A DNA stretch of 41,454 nt, taken from positions 372,001 to 413,454 of the forward strand of contig JAPEUD010000015.1 in assembly GCA_026026165.1 (NCBI GenBank). The letters are read 5' to 3'. This document shows, one piece after another, positions 22,113 to 34,271 of the stretch (positions are counted from its first letter, which is position 1; each line of letters starts with the position of its first letter). A program made the position numbers and the translations under genes. Source of the stretch: Sarea resinae (lineage: Eukaryota). The notes beneath the pieces were generated by a model. That model was not told the origin of the DNA, did not search any database, and saw nothing but the letters and a program-made list of their open reading frames with translations.

Positions 22113-23837
22113 CTAGTGCATAACGCCGACCGGCTTCTTCTCCGCATACTCTCGTGGCGGCAGGAAGACCTTTTTCCATCGGAAAGCGGCCAGATCGCGC
22201 ATGACCTCGACGGCGTTGCGGATGTTCTCCCGCATGATGTCGGCCGTGGGGCGCGAGAACAGCTCGTCGATCTCCTCAAGTGTCTTGTTCTTGGTCTCGG
22301 GCATAAGGAAGAGCTGGTAGAACCAGCCAAGCACGGCGATGCCGCCGTAGAAGCCAAGCGTCAGCCCGATCTTGCTCATCGCCTTCTGCATGCGCGTGAA
22401 GTTGTACGTGACGATGAAGGAGCAGAGGAAGAGGTTGGCGTCCGAGGTCGTCATGCCGTACGACCGCAGATAGGTCGGGTACACCTCGGCGGGAATCACC
22501 CATGTCAGGCACGCGTACGAGCCGAAGAAACCCATGTACAGGATCAGGCCCGTAAAGTAAGTGCCCAGCGCTGCCGGTTGATTGCTGATCGGCACCTCGT
22601 AGCTGATGCCGATGAGCAGCAGTCCGATGAAGAAACCGGGAAGCATGAGGGTGGCCCAGTAGCGACGGCCGAAGCGCTCCATGTAGTAGACGGCGGGGAT
22701 GGTGCCGAGGAAGAGAGAACCGCCGCCGACGAGGGACATGAAGACGGATGTCTTATCGTCGAAACCGACCTGGTGCATGAGGACGGACATGTAGTACATG
22801 ACCGCGTTGACACCGGTGAATTGGCCGAGGAAGACCATGATGTTGGCGTAGACGGCCGCACGGCGCGCACGAGGGTTGGTGATAAAGTCCATCCAGGGGA
22901 AGCGCGAATTGGCACGATGTTCATCGGCATTTTCGGCTTCGACGGACTCCTTCATGATGAAGAATTCGGCCTTGTCCTCGTACGTGGCGAGGCCGCGGAT
23001 GCGTTTCCAGACGGCAAATGCTTCCGCGCTGCGGCCTTTGTGCATGAGGAACCGGGGAGATTCGGGAAGGAATACCATGCCGACCAAGAGGATGGTCGAG
23101 AAGACGAGGGATGATCCTAAGATATATCGCCAATTCCCCTGGACATCGACAAAGATGGCCGCAACAACGTAGCCAAGGACTTCTCCGAGCGCGAGAGCCA
23201 TCTGGTAGAGGGACACGAGATTACCTCGCCGGCTAGACGGGACACTCTCGGCGACATAGACGGGAACAGTGCCACCTTCGAGACCAACCCCAGCACCGAG
23301 GATCAGACGGCCGACCATCATCATACCGAACGTGACCGCTCCTGCTTCGAGGCCCGCGCCGATGGTGTAGAGGATGCAAGAGACGATGATGGCCATGCGG
23401 CGGCCGAGGAACTCGTTGGTGGGCGAGAGCAGAAGGGCACCAGCTACAGCACCGAGAGGCATGCCGCTGTTGACGAGGGAGGATTGGCTGGAGGAAAGGC
23501 CCAGATCTTTTGGTAGGTAGAGGTTCGCACCCGAGATTAGGGACTGATCGAGACCGGAGAGCAGACCGCCCATTGAGGCGAAAGCAACGAGGAGCCATGT
23601 GAAAACCTTGGGATCGGAGAATTTGATCTCGTACGAGTGCCATGGAGTGCTGATTGACTGGAGTTGTTCCTCCATGAGGTTGATCTGGGCGGCCATGAAT
23701 TCTTCATTGAGTTTGATGTTTGCCGAGTCTGCGGTAGGGTCTTCATGGTGCTCGAATTCCGTGTCGATGACCTTCTTCTCAAGATCGCCGTCGATATAGA
23801 CGACGTCCTTTTCGGAGTCTGCCTTGTCGTCCGCCAT
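22113..23837 (-). CDS. MFS sugar porter, Fsy1/Frt1-like (fructose/polyol-H+ symporter family), intronless, 574 aa
   Basis: Sugar-porter motifs GGLLSGLDQSLISGA, EFLGRR, GRLILGAGVG, PVYVAESVP..RG, PESPRFL, QFTGVNAVMYY, ERFGRR, AEVYPTYLRSYG and PETKNKTLEEID. First ATG (MADDK) is at 23837; the ORF-track start is TTG. The subfamily call is from recalled similarity. Confidence 0.92.
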   Translation of the reverse strand: MADDKADSEKDVVYIDGDLEKKVIDTEFEHHEDPTADSANIKLNEEFMAAQINLMEEQLQSISTPWHSYEIKFSDPKVFTWLLVAFASMGGLLSGLDQSLISGANLYLPKDLGLSSSQSSLVNSGMPLGAVAGALLLSPTNEFLGRRMAIIVSCILYTIGAGLEAGAVTFGMMMVGRLILGAGVGLEGGTVPVYVAESVPSSRRGNLVSLYQMALALGEVLGYVVAAIFVDVQGNWRYILGSSLVFSTILLVGMVFLPESPRFLMHKGRSAEAFAVWKRIRGLATYEDKAEFFIMKESVEAENADEHRANSRFPWMDFITNPRARRAAVYANIMVFLGQFTGVNAVMYYMSVLMHQVGFDDKTSVFMSLVGGGSLFLGTIPAVYYMERFGRRYWATLMLPGFFIGLLLIGISYEVPISNQPAALGTYFTGLILYMGFFGSYACLTWVIPAEVYPTYLRSYGMTTSDANLFLCSFIVTYNFTRMQKAMSKIGLTLGFYGGIAVLGWFYQLFLMPETKNKTLEEIDELFSRPTADIMRENIRNAVEVMRDLAAFRWKKVFLPPREYAEKKPVGVMH

Positions 23838-24615
23838 TTGGGTGGATTGGTAATTTGACAATGATGAATGTGCTGGCTCTCAAAGGAGCTTTGGGGAGTC
23901 TTGTGCGACGAGTATGCTGGACACCCCAGAAGTGAGATCTCGTCTGGGGATTTTATACTCCCCGTATCTGGGGTTCTGTGGGGTGAGCACCCCAGTGGAG
24001 TGGAACGATGGGATGCCATGCTTCTCCATGGGCAGCGATCTGTATCGACCGTTCGAAGACCGTCGAGGGCGCAAGGTTCAAGGGCCAGGTCAGGTCGCAC
24101 AACCACGACATCAGTAACAGCATCTTCGGAGAGGCCAATGCCAGTGGGGATGTTGGAGCCGACACCAAAGCTCGGCGATGTGACGCTAAGTGGAGGGATC
24201 CTGGGGGTCAGTCGGGCCGACTCCTCGAGGGCGAAGAGAAAAAGGGCCTTGGAGGCCGGTACATCGTCGGGTCGCCGTCCATCCCTGTCTTGGGGTGGCA
24301 GGAGTCACGAGATGCTCCTCGCTCATGGAAGATGGAAGCGGTCGAGAAGAGGGGTCGCGATATCTGGAGCAAGCAATGGCGTGGTAGGTGGGAGCGATGA
24401 ACGGTCGCCTCGAGGCGAACCTTAATGCGATGACATGACCAATCCGTGACTGAAGATCAAGCTCGAACCTGCGTCGGGCTCCAGGAGAGGGAAGGGATGG
24501 AAAGAAGGAAAAGCACTCAGCGTCTTCGATGTCGCTAGTCGTCCCTGGTGATCCGTGGCCATGCAAGGAAGCGGCGTGGAATACGGTGATTGTCATTATT
24601 AACAGATTGAAGATG

Positions 24616-24655
24616 GCAGCGACTGCAGCGACTGCAGCGACTGCAGCGACTGCAG
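24616..24655. repeat. 9-bp tandem repeat (GCAGCGACT)x4 upstream of the transporter
   Basis: Directly visible perfect units. Confidence 0.9.
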
Positions 24656-26169
24656 GCAATATCGACCGGCTAAAGGTGAACGGAAGGTGGAGACGGGGTC
24701 ACGCTTCGAGAACTTAGTACGGAGGACGCTTGACTTGCTACGGCCAGCCCGGTTAGGGCACAACCGAAACGGATTGCCGGCAGTGGCCATTCGAGGCTAC
24801 TCGAGGATAAATCATTAGCCCCGTCCCCGTCACTATCGTAGCACGGCCGATCCGGTAACGCTTCCTTTTGACTTCAGGGTCTTCAGGGTCATGAAGGTCG
24901 CCCGCAGCTGTCCGATCGATCGCGAAAGACTGATCAAGGAAACGGTATTGGAGATGGGTGCGAGTTCACTGGAATACGATCGATGGGATGATCAAGACAT
25001 TCATGGGCACGACGAATATCGGCTGCATATGGCCCTCGGTTCGAAGATCATTCAAGGGGGGTGAGTCTCGCTGCACAGAGCAACAGCGATTGCAGTGACA
25101 GCCCTACGCACAAGTATGGGAAGCCAAACCCTACGGGAAGCCATGGGACGCCATACGGGAGAAAAGCCCTTTGAGCTGAAAAGTACGAGTTTACGATAGT
25201 AAATTCGACGACGACGAAACGACATTGTCTGGATGGGGCAAGAGCATCTTGCGCTCAACGCATTGACACTTGACTCCGACACAGCTTCCCGAGGGAATGA
25301 GCTCATTTCAGACGTGGCCCTGTGCTTCCGTACGTTTTGTGTCTGTTGTTGATAACCTCCTATCAAGAAATTCCCTTCAGTACCTGATTCTTAACCCAAA
25401 GCGCCACCAGAAGGCCATCCGCCATGAGGGCTGCCATTGGGAGCCGGACGGCTGACGCACCGGACCGGCTACTGTTGGCCGGGGCTGACTCAAATCTAGG
25501 GCCGATGGTGCCCACGACATCACATCTGGCGTCGAGGCGGACTGGGCTACCCTCCTCGAGATTGCCGCTTTCTCTTCCCCAGGGAAGATTCTTCAAGGAC
25601 AAAATCTACACTGCCAGACGAGAAAGACTTTTGAACCTGGCAAGGTGAAGATGAACATGTAGATGAAGACAATATTAACGAAGACCCAGCCCAGATTGGC
25701 CTCCGACATGTCTTCCGTGTCATCCGAGAAGACGGCTTCTTCATCAGACCAATTCTCGACTTTCCAATCCTCTCTCTCTCTGTCTCGAACACCGCGATCC
25801 GCAAGGCTGTCCGCTACTGCTCCCGGCCTGCCGAAGCGCACTCGGAGACTGCCCTTTCCCCATATCCTAGGCTCTTCTCTGATGATTGTCTCATCAATCA
25901 ATACTGTACTATGTATGTCGTGATGCCAATGGTTTCCTTCTCATGTTAAAATATCAGCGTAACCAGCCGAGTCAACACTGGAACGCCCACTACCTCGGTC
26001 TATTTCCCTGGTCAATTGGTAGATCTCCACACCCCACCAATCTAATTTACATACAAGCTCTACTAGTCCCAAAGTACATAGACTCTCGACTATTGACGAT
26101 ATTGACGAAAAGTAGAATCAACAGGAAGCGCTGTGACATATTCCCTTGTCGATGTAGTTTGGGAGCTCA

Positions 26170-27997
26170 TCACCACCTTTTAAAGGATCGTAGCAGAGCG
26201 CCCGGGCTCTTCTGCGAAAGCAGGCACCAAGTCCCTATCGTTGTGACAATGGCGGCGGTGCCGAACCACTTCCACAGGCTCGTCTGCGTCTCCTCGACAA
26301 CTCGCCCAAGATACGACGGCTTGACGGCCCGTCGATCCTTGGCGTCGGTTCCTGAGAGGTCGTAGTCGGCCCAGTTGACCACCGACAGCCGATTCTGATA
26401 TTCGACCACGTTGCCGCACCAGTTGTTCGTGACGACCCCGTCGGCATTCTTGTACCAGCTCTGGCAGTTCTCATGTGCAAACGTGCTCGCGTTCAGTCGA
26501 GCCTGGATCTCCGAATTGTACTCTTCCACGGTCTTTCGCGAAGGCGTGATGGAGAGCGTCCGACCGCGCGTGCGGGCCTGGGCCACGGCCTGCACCATGG
26601 CACCAATGAATCGTGATTGCGCCTCGATCATCAGGATGACGGAATTGTGGCCGAGGTTGGTGTTGGGTCCGTAGAGCATCCCGAAGTTGGGCAGCGATTC
26701 CACCGTCACCCCGAGGTAGGCCTTTGCGCCCCCTTCCCAGATATCCTCAATGCTCCGCCCACCCAGCCCCGTGACTTTCATGGGGTGCATGAAATCGACT
26801 GTGCGAAAGCCCGTGGCCAGCACGATCACATCGAATTCGTATTCCTTGCTGTCGACCTCGACGCCGGTTGGTGTGATGCGTTGAATCGAACTGAACTCAA
26901 GATGAACGTGAGGAAGGTCTAGTGCAGGGTAGTAATCGTCCGAACTGAGGATCCTTTTACATCCAGGGGGATAGTTAGGTGTCAGCTTCTCGATAAGCTC
27001 GGGCTTGTTCTTGAGTTGTGCTGTCATCATGGCCGCAGATATGCCTTTGATCATCACGTTAAAGGGAGAATCCTCGACAACAGCGGCATCGAAGAAGGAT
27101 TCCTTTGCCTCCATCAGCGAGGCTCGATAATTCTTCCGCACCCACGGCACATATCGGTAGATTGCCCGCATGGTTGGCGAGATCGGTTTGTCGCCACGGG
27201 GAACGACCCAGTTGGGCGTCCGGTGGAAGACCGTCAGACTCTTGCAAACCTTTGCAAGCTCCGGCACAATCTGGACGGCACTTGCAGCGTTCCCAACAAT
27301 TGCGACCCTTTTCCCCTCAAGCGGAACGTTCCAGTCCCAGCGCGCAGAATGCATCATCTTGCCCTGGAAAGTATGTAATCCCTCGATGTCGGGATAGTGA
27401 GGTTGGTTCAACTGTCCTACCGCAGATACGAGATAGTCCGACCGCATGGAGTATTTGTCGCCGTATTCCGCCGCTTTTCCTCCGTCGACGGTCACGTCGA
27501 GGTCCCAGACATTGTCTTCCTCGTTCCAGTGAGCCCCTCTGACCGTAGTATCAAAGCGAATGTAGCGATATAGATCCCATTTCTCGGCCACAGAGATCAA
27601 GTACTCTTGCATCTCCTTCTGGCTGGCATACTCGTGTGTCCAGTCAGGATTCGGCTCGAAAGACAGAGAGTACAAATGGCACACGACTACTCGAGCGTTA
27701 GCTGTGACCTGGCTCGAAATGCATCGGAAGAGGAACTAACCGTCGCAACTGCATCCCGGGTAGCGATTATCGTTCCATGTCCCTCCGACCTGGTTGGACT
27801 TTTCAAGGATCACAAAGTCGTGATCTTTGTTTCGGCGCAGCAGATCAATGGCTGCGCAAATGCCTTGTGACTGTCAGTGTGGAATTCGGAAGGCGGGACG
27901 TAGTCTTCATACCGGAATAGCCGGCGCCGACGATGATTGTTGTCGTTCGACTCGATTGACCCTTGCTGGGTGTGCGCTCAGCATCGGAGATGGACAT
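26170..27997 (-). CDS. Flavin-containing Baeyer-Villiger-type monooxygenase with C-terminal hydrophobic anchor, 2 introns
   Basis: Spliced sequence shows IIVGAGYS|GI (FAD Rossmann), GGTWNDNRYPGCSCD, fingerprint FQGKMMHSARW, IVGNAASAVQ (NADPH), LATGF and YGPNTNLGHNS. ATG at 27997. Introns at approx. 27864-27912 and 27688-27740. Confidence 0.93.
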
Positions 27998-28921
27998 ATT
28001 GCCTCGGCCGTGGGGTTTTGGGACCCGGCGTCAGTGGTAAAAGTTTATTCAAATAGCGGACGGCAAAGAACAGATATCAACGCAACATGGTGCATTCAAC
28101 TTTCTCTTCTGTAGACCTGAGGGTGATGGGAGCTCGAGCATTTATCTGGAATCCGCGACGAGTCGCGGTCATGGCTCAATGCCGACAGGGTTGGAGTACG
28201 AGGCGTCATAGGGGTCCAGACAGCTACCGACAACAAGACTACAGGACCCGCTCTTATTGGCCGTCTTTACGAAAGAAGAGTAAGAAAATAGTCAGGACCA
28301 CGTACATAGTACTGGAAGTCGGAGCCTGTCCTGGGCTGTGTCCTGTGTCCTGTTGGCCGAGCGAGCCACAGGACAAATGGCGTTAGGGGACGTTCATGAT
28401 TCCAGCGAAAAGCGCTGGACAGACTCCACCCGAGGGTCTGCGATCTACAGCACTACCAGCTCGTACTTGCTGGTAAGCACTAACAGAACCCCTGTGTGAC
28501 TGGGAGCGAGCACTCCAGACCCGGAGTGGGCAAGGAGATGAATACAACAAGCAGTCGCTGCGGGTTCGAGAGGCACAGCGCTTGTTGGACGAGAACAAGG
28601 TAGATCAATGTGATGTTGGGACAGCGATCCATGATGTTGGACAAACACCCGTTCCAATTGATATTGAATCGTCGGACATGAACACTCACATCTATCGATC
28701 GAGGACGTCGCCAACATGGTACATCGCATCTTGAACCTCGGCGACCCCCGCACCTCCAGCTCTTTCGTGGAACAGGCGCAAACTCATCTTGCAGCCTCAT
28801 AAGCCTGGACGGCGCTATTCGTGAGATCAGTTGCTCTCTGTATCTTCTCGTCTCTTGATGCAGTATCGTCCGTGCTGGATCTTTCTAGAAACACATCTAC
28901 CACCGTAAACCAAGGCATCCT

Positions 28922-30220
28922 ATGATGATGATGCGCCCGTGGTCTCTTACAGCACTCGTTCGTATATGTCTTTACGCTTCAATCTAGTGCTGGATCTGAT
29001 CTGAACGCCTAGTCTGCGCTCTTCCTTGCCATTGCTCTGCGCTTTGTGACTTACCGCTACGACTTGCTATGTATAATGATCAGGAACCGGCCAGGCCGAC
29101 TTCTCAATATCACTACCTTCTCGGACTACCAGATCAAATTCCAAGATCTGGTCCGCAACTGCGAGGATGTGCTGTTGGACGAGAAACGCGGGATAGCGAT
29201 CTTGAGCTGTGATCCTGGTCGCGACAAATGGAATACCGTCATGGTATGATGACCTACCTGCCCCACTTTCCCTCACACGGATGCTGAGCAGCCACTCGTC
29301 AGGGCACTTTCATCAACCCCAATACTTCTTCCGGCTCGCTCTGGTATTACCGATACTCCAAATACCGCTTGCAAGAGAGCGGCGCGATTGACCGCCTTCA
29401 AATGGAGGGCTTCGATTCAACCAAGTTGATGGGGTTTCACCCACTGGGAATAGCTCACTGGCCCCAAACGGGCACGCTCTATGTTGTCAACCACGCGGAA
29501 AGTGGCTCAACGGTCGAAGTGCTCAAACTCGACAGACACAGCACGGGCGCCAAATACCAGCGCACATTGTCGCATCCACTGCTCCACACACCAAATTCGG
29601 TGGCCCCAATCTCTGACCACGAGATCTACGTCACCAACGACCACCGGTGGGAAAAGAGAAACGATCCAAAGAAGTCGGTTTTGGAGACATACACTGGGTT
29701 CCCTGGTGGCTCAGTCGTCTATGTGAACCTCCAAACAGACACATACAGAAAGGTGGCAGACGTACACTTTGCAAATGGCATCACAACGCTGAACTCTACC
29801 CACTTGGCCGTGGCTTCCACCACGACACCAGCCGTATTTGTGTACCGGATCGAGCCGCGGACCAAAGCACTTGTAATGACGAAAAAAGTGACATTGCCAT
29901 TCATGGTGGATAACCTGAGTACGGACTCCACCGGCCATCTACTGATGGCAGGACATCCGTCCCCGTCGGCTCTCGGTAAGGCCGCCAAGACCAATCATAT
30001 GTACGACATCGATGGAACAGGCGTAGGCAAGCCGGCAACAGGAAGACCGAGAGGGCCCAGCTGGGTGGCGGAATGGGATGGGAACCCCGAGGGCACGATC
30101 AAGAGTCTGTATGTGGGAACGGAGTTCTCGACCAGCTCGACGGCGGTGAGAGACGCCGACCGAGGAAGGGGGATCGTGGTCGGGCTGTACGAGAAGGGTC
30201 TCTTGCTGTGGAACGAGTAG
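28922..30220 (+). CDS. Paraoxonase/arylesterase-like six-bladed beta-propeller (lactonase/esterase), 2 introns
   Basis: N-terminal hydrophobic anchor, then NCEDV, LSCDPGRDKWNTVM|G, FHPLGI, LYVVNH, TPNSV, YVTNDH, FANGI and MVDNL. Introns at approx. 28958-29012 and 29244-29301 keep the frame. Confidence 0.9.
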
Positions 30221-30637
30221 AGGGAAGTGGCCAAGCAATCACCGTCGGGATCCGATAGCGATCAATTGTGTAACCTTGATGCACACTTCCTTAGAGTTTC
30301 CTCCATGATCATTTACGAGGTTGTCATTGGACCCTGTCCCGTACCGTACGCGGTACGAGGTACCTGTACTGCGTACTACTGCGTGCTATGGGTGCTAAGC
30401 TTTGTTAGTCAGCAGCCGGTTCACGTCATGTGTCAGGTACCCCATAACGCTCGAGGCGATCGCAATTCCAGGGCAACAGGGACACAGGGGAACACGCTAA
30501 TTATAGGTACGACGATACGCTCGCCGTCAATCGCCATTCTCTTTTCCTCTCTTCGTCTCATCACCCCAGTACCGCTCAACTTCAAGTTACCGTCTTTACC
30601 TCCCAACCCTACCGATGACCTCGCGAGCTCGGTCACG

Positions 30638-32500
30638 ATGCTCTTCCGATCTCTCCTCGCCCTCTCCCTGGGATGCGTCTGGCAGATCCAGGCCATCTCC
30701 GTCGACTTGTCCGATAAAGGTTCGTCGTCCACCCGTCTCTCAGCCTCGCAGTCTTGCAGTAACCTACGTCGCAACTTGGGAGATGGCATCATCTGACTTG
30801 GCATTGCCACCGGAGTAGATTCTGTCAAGTCGGCCATGTCGACCGTGGCTTATGATATGATGACATACTATTCTGGAAACAAGACTGGACAGACCCCGGG
30901 CATCCTACCAGGTGAGCGGAGGCAATTGGACGGCGAAACATGATATACTGATACTGGCTACCGAGGTCCTTGTGCGAACACTGCTTGTTACTAGTATGCT
31001 ACTACTTGACTGCGCTACCGACGAATGAGATTCTCACCATGTCAACAGCTGGTGGGAGGCTGGAGCGATGTGGGGCTCTTTGGTAAAGGCATCAAACACT
31101 CTCTCGTCTCCTGCTTTCTGACCACTCTTTCCAGATCAATTACTGGCAAAATACTGGCGATGAGTCTTACAACCCAACGGTTTCCCAATCTTTGATATTC
31201 CAAGCCGGACAAGATGCAAATTACAATCCGTCCAATCAGTCCAAGGACATGGCATGTATACGGGTGGCTTTCGACCTTGTGCAGATATGCTGACGGCTGG
31301 ATCCTAGGGTCTCGACGATCAACTGTTCTGGGCTTTCTCGGCTATGGATGCGGTAGAAGCAGGCTTCCCCAATCCCCCGAGCGACCAACCACAATGGCTT
31401 GCGCTCGTGCAGGCCGTGATCAATTTCGAAGCCCCTCTCTGGGATCCTGCGACCTGCGGAGGAGGGTTTCGATGGCAGGTGTTTTCCTTCAATACCGGCT
31501 ACAACTTGAAGAATACCATCTCCAACGGAGGCTTCTTCCAACTAGCTTCTCGTCTGGCTCGATATACCCAGAATCAAACCTATGCCGATTTGGCCGACAA
31601 GGTGAGTAATAAACTCCAGAGACTGCAGATGGTTTGTGATTGATGAATCAGGCATGGGATTGGATGTCTGGCACCCTACTCCTTCAAACATCCAACAATG
31701 CGACCCAAGTTTATGACAACACCGACTCGAACAATAATTGCACCTCTGTGGACCACACCTTTTGGACTTACAATGTCGGAACGCTGATTATGGGATCAGC
31801 CTACATGTACAATTACGTATGTCGAAAGCCCCCCCTGTGACCTCGCTTTGTGCTCATCCATCCAGACCAACGGTAGCGCGGTTTGGGCAGCCCGCCTGAA
31901 CCAACTCCTTAATGGCGCCGAAACCTTTTTCCCTCAAGACTATGGCGGATCCATCATGTCGGAAATCACATGCGAAAAGACGGTCAATTGTAACAACGAT
32001 CAAAGCTCATTCAAAGCATACCTGTCACGCTGGCTGGCTGTCACTACAGTAATCGCCCCATTCACAGCCGAGCAAATCACGCCGAAGCTACAAGCATCCG
32101 CAAAGGGGGCCGCAGCACAGTGCGTTGGGGGCTCCAACGGCAGAATGTGTGGAAGACAATGGTATACGAGCACCTGGGATGGATCGTCGGGAGTTGGTCA
32201 ACAGGTATGAAGCAACGGCGCGATCTCTCGACAATCTGCTGATTCACTCCCCAGATGGCCGCCCTTAGCATCCTAGGCGCAAACATCATGCCACCCGCCG
32301 CCGCTCCGAAGACTCCAAAGACGGGCGGAAATTCCACCGGCAATCCCAATGCTGGGAGTGGAAGCGGGGCAAGCGCCAATACTGGCAAGCAGGATAACTC
32401 CCCCGTGACAACGGGTGATAAAGCTGGTGCAGCCATCTTGACGATCGTCGTAGTTTCTGGGCTTATTGGCGCTTCTGGTTTCATGATCAGTGGTGATTGA
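30638..32500 (+). CDS. GH76 alpha-1,6-mannanase/transglycosylase, DFG5/DCW1-like, GPI-anchored, 8 introns
   Basis: Signal peptide [30 protein letters not shown], catalytic [37 protein letters not shown] and [16 protein letters not shown]-type tail [17 protein letters not shown]. Introns at approx. 30720-30818, 30912-30965, 30994-31048, 31083-31133, 31252-31307, 31602-31651, 31817-31864 and 32205-32254. Confidence 0.95.
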
Positions 32501-34271
32501 GCGTGTCTGTCGGGTTTCATTCAACTGTAATTTTCCTTGGCGCATTCGCGATAGTACCTCTTCTCTAAAGAGGTGCCTGTATTAAATCTTCCTTTGTATA
32601 GCCAATTTGTATCTATATTTTTTTTTTCAAGGACCCTTTGGCCCTCAAACAAGTGCTTCCGTGGCAGAATAGGTTTATTCAAGACCGGAATCCTGTTGAT
32701 GCTTTGAACACCTTGCTGATTAACCATCGTTAGTCACTATTCCCATCCTGCGTCAATCGCTAAGTAGAGCTCAGAGAATGTCGGACAGAACCATCTATTG
32801 CTTTCACTATCTATCATGAGCAAATGATGCGGCACTGCCGTAAGAGTGACTATCGCCTGACACTCCCCAGAAACTCGTACCGCCAAAGACCGAGAAAACG
32901 ACGGCAACGACATTGGGCCTTGGCTCAGCATCTGCATCAATATCAGGGCCAACAGAAGAGCCCAGAAAAGGTGGCGGAGATGGCGTAGAATGTTGCGGAC
33001 CAGATAGACCCGCGGCGGCAGCAGCAGCAGAGGTCGTCGAGGGCCATGACTTTTGTTTTGTCAGACCAGCTCCTTCTCGCAGCAGTGTCTGCCTTCCGCT
33101 TCTCCCTCTCCTTTTGACCGAGGACTTCTGCGTTACGTTCTTTGTACACGGCGAGCTGCCTTGACCTTGGCCTCTTGGGCTGCATGGCTACTCGGCTGGG
33201 ATCCAAGCTCTCGTTTGCGCCCTTTGTGACGCACGAGCAATGAAAGTGAGAAGCTTCGGAGATCTTACGGTCGAGAGCTTTCTAACCCTATCATCAACAG
33301 ATAGGACGGCCGGTCCGGGCTATTGAGTTGGCGGCTTCGATGGCTTCGGTGCTTTAGCGGTAGATGGCCTGCGGTGGAATGGCCTCCCGGATTTGGTGTA
33401 CCCTCGGTGGTATATGAATGGTACGCCCAGCCTGAATTCCTTAATGCCATATCCTTCCATCTCCTCATCTTCATATGAACTCATTGTTCTCTTCGGCGGT
33501 TTCATTTGTGTGGTACGAGATGTACCATCTCCGCTTCTCTGACAGATTTTCGCCCTTGGAATTAGATTCATCTGAGAGGAAAGACTAATGTGGGTAGGAG
33601 CTCTCAAATGCCTGCACATGATGACGACTCGACAGCGATAGAGCGCTTGATAGTTGGTTGGAGCAAGGATGAACTTTTAAGCGGCGTACAAAGACCCAAG
33701 GTGCGCAGGTTGTCGAGGCGAGACGAAGGTCGGCGAGAATTGTCGATTTATTATCGAGACAGTATCACCATAGTCGTCGGGATAGTCTCTTATAGCTATC
33801 GTGGTAAATATGCCAGGCATTTGATTAGGCTATTGACAACACCGCCCACCACCGTATGTAGACGATGAGCAAATCAATACCGTCAACAGACTGGAATGAA
33901 AATCTGTCGACAGATCTATTGTTGATCTGGATGGACCTATCTACCTGTATCAGGCTTGCTGTTGTACGGTTCAACGACGAACCAGAGCCGAAAAAAGCTT
34001 CTTCAAGGAACTTCATTCGTGATTCAGAAACAAAGTTTCAAGCATTCACAAGTAGAACGTACTGCTATCTCCAGAAGACAGATAGTCCTGGAGGGCACGC
34101 GTTACATTTCTCAGTAAGGAACGAAAAAGGTAGCCCAATCAACTGATAGTGAGGGAGAGAAACATAAGAGCAAAGCGAGCCAAAACATTCGAACAATGCC
34201 TAAAAAGAAGGAATCCCATTCTTGTCTATCGTCGACGCTAACCTGTGCCCCCTCCGCCTGGACTGCGGTCC

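Noticed and set aside
20103..23114. Long antisense ORFs (20103-21125 -, 22116-23114 +)
   Set aside because: Expected by-products of high GC3 codon usage in the methyltransferase and transporter.
24800..26100. Short ORFs and a protein-like stretch near 25640-25950
   Set aside because: No start, splice or motif support; possibly a decayed fragment, but not identifiable.
17205..30220. A single secondary-metabolite gene cluster
   Set aside because: No PKS, NRPS, terpene synthase or DMATS backbone gene in the window; only pairwise links are defensible.
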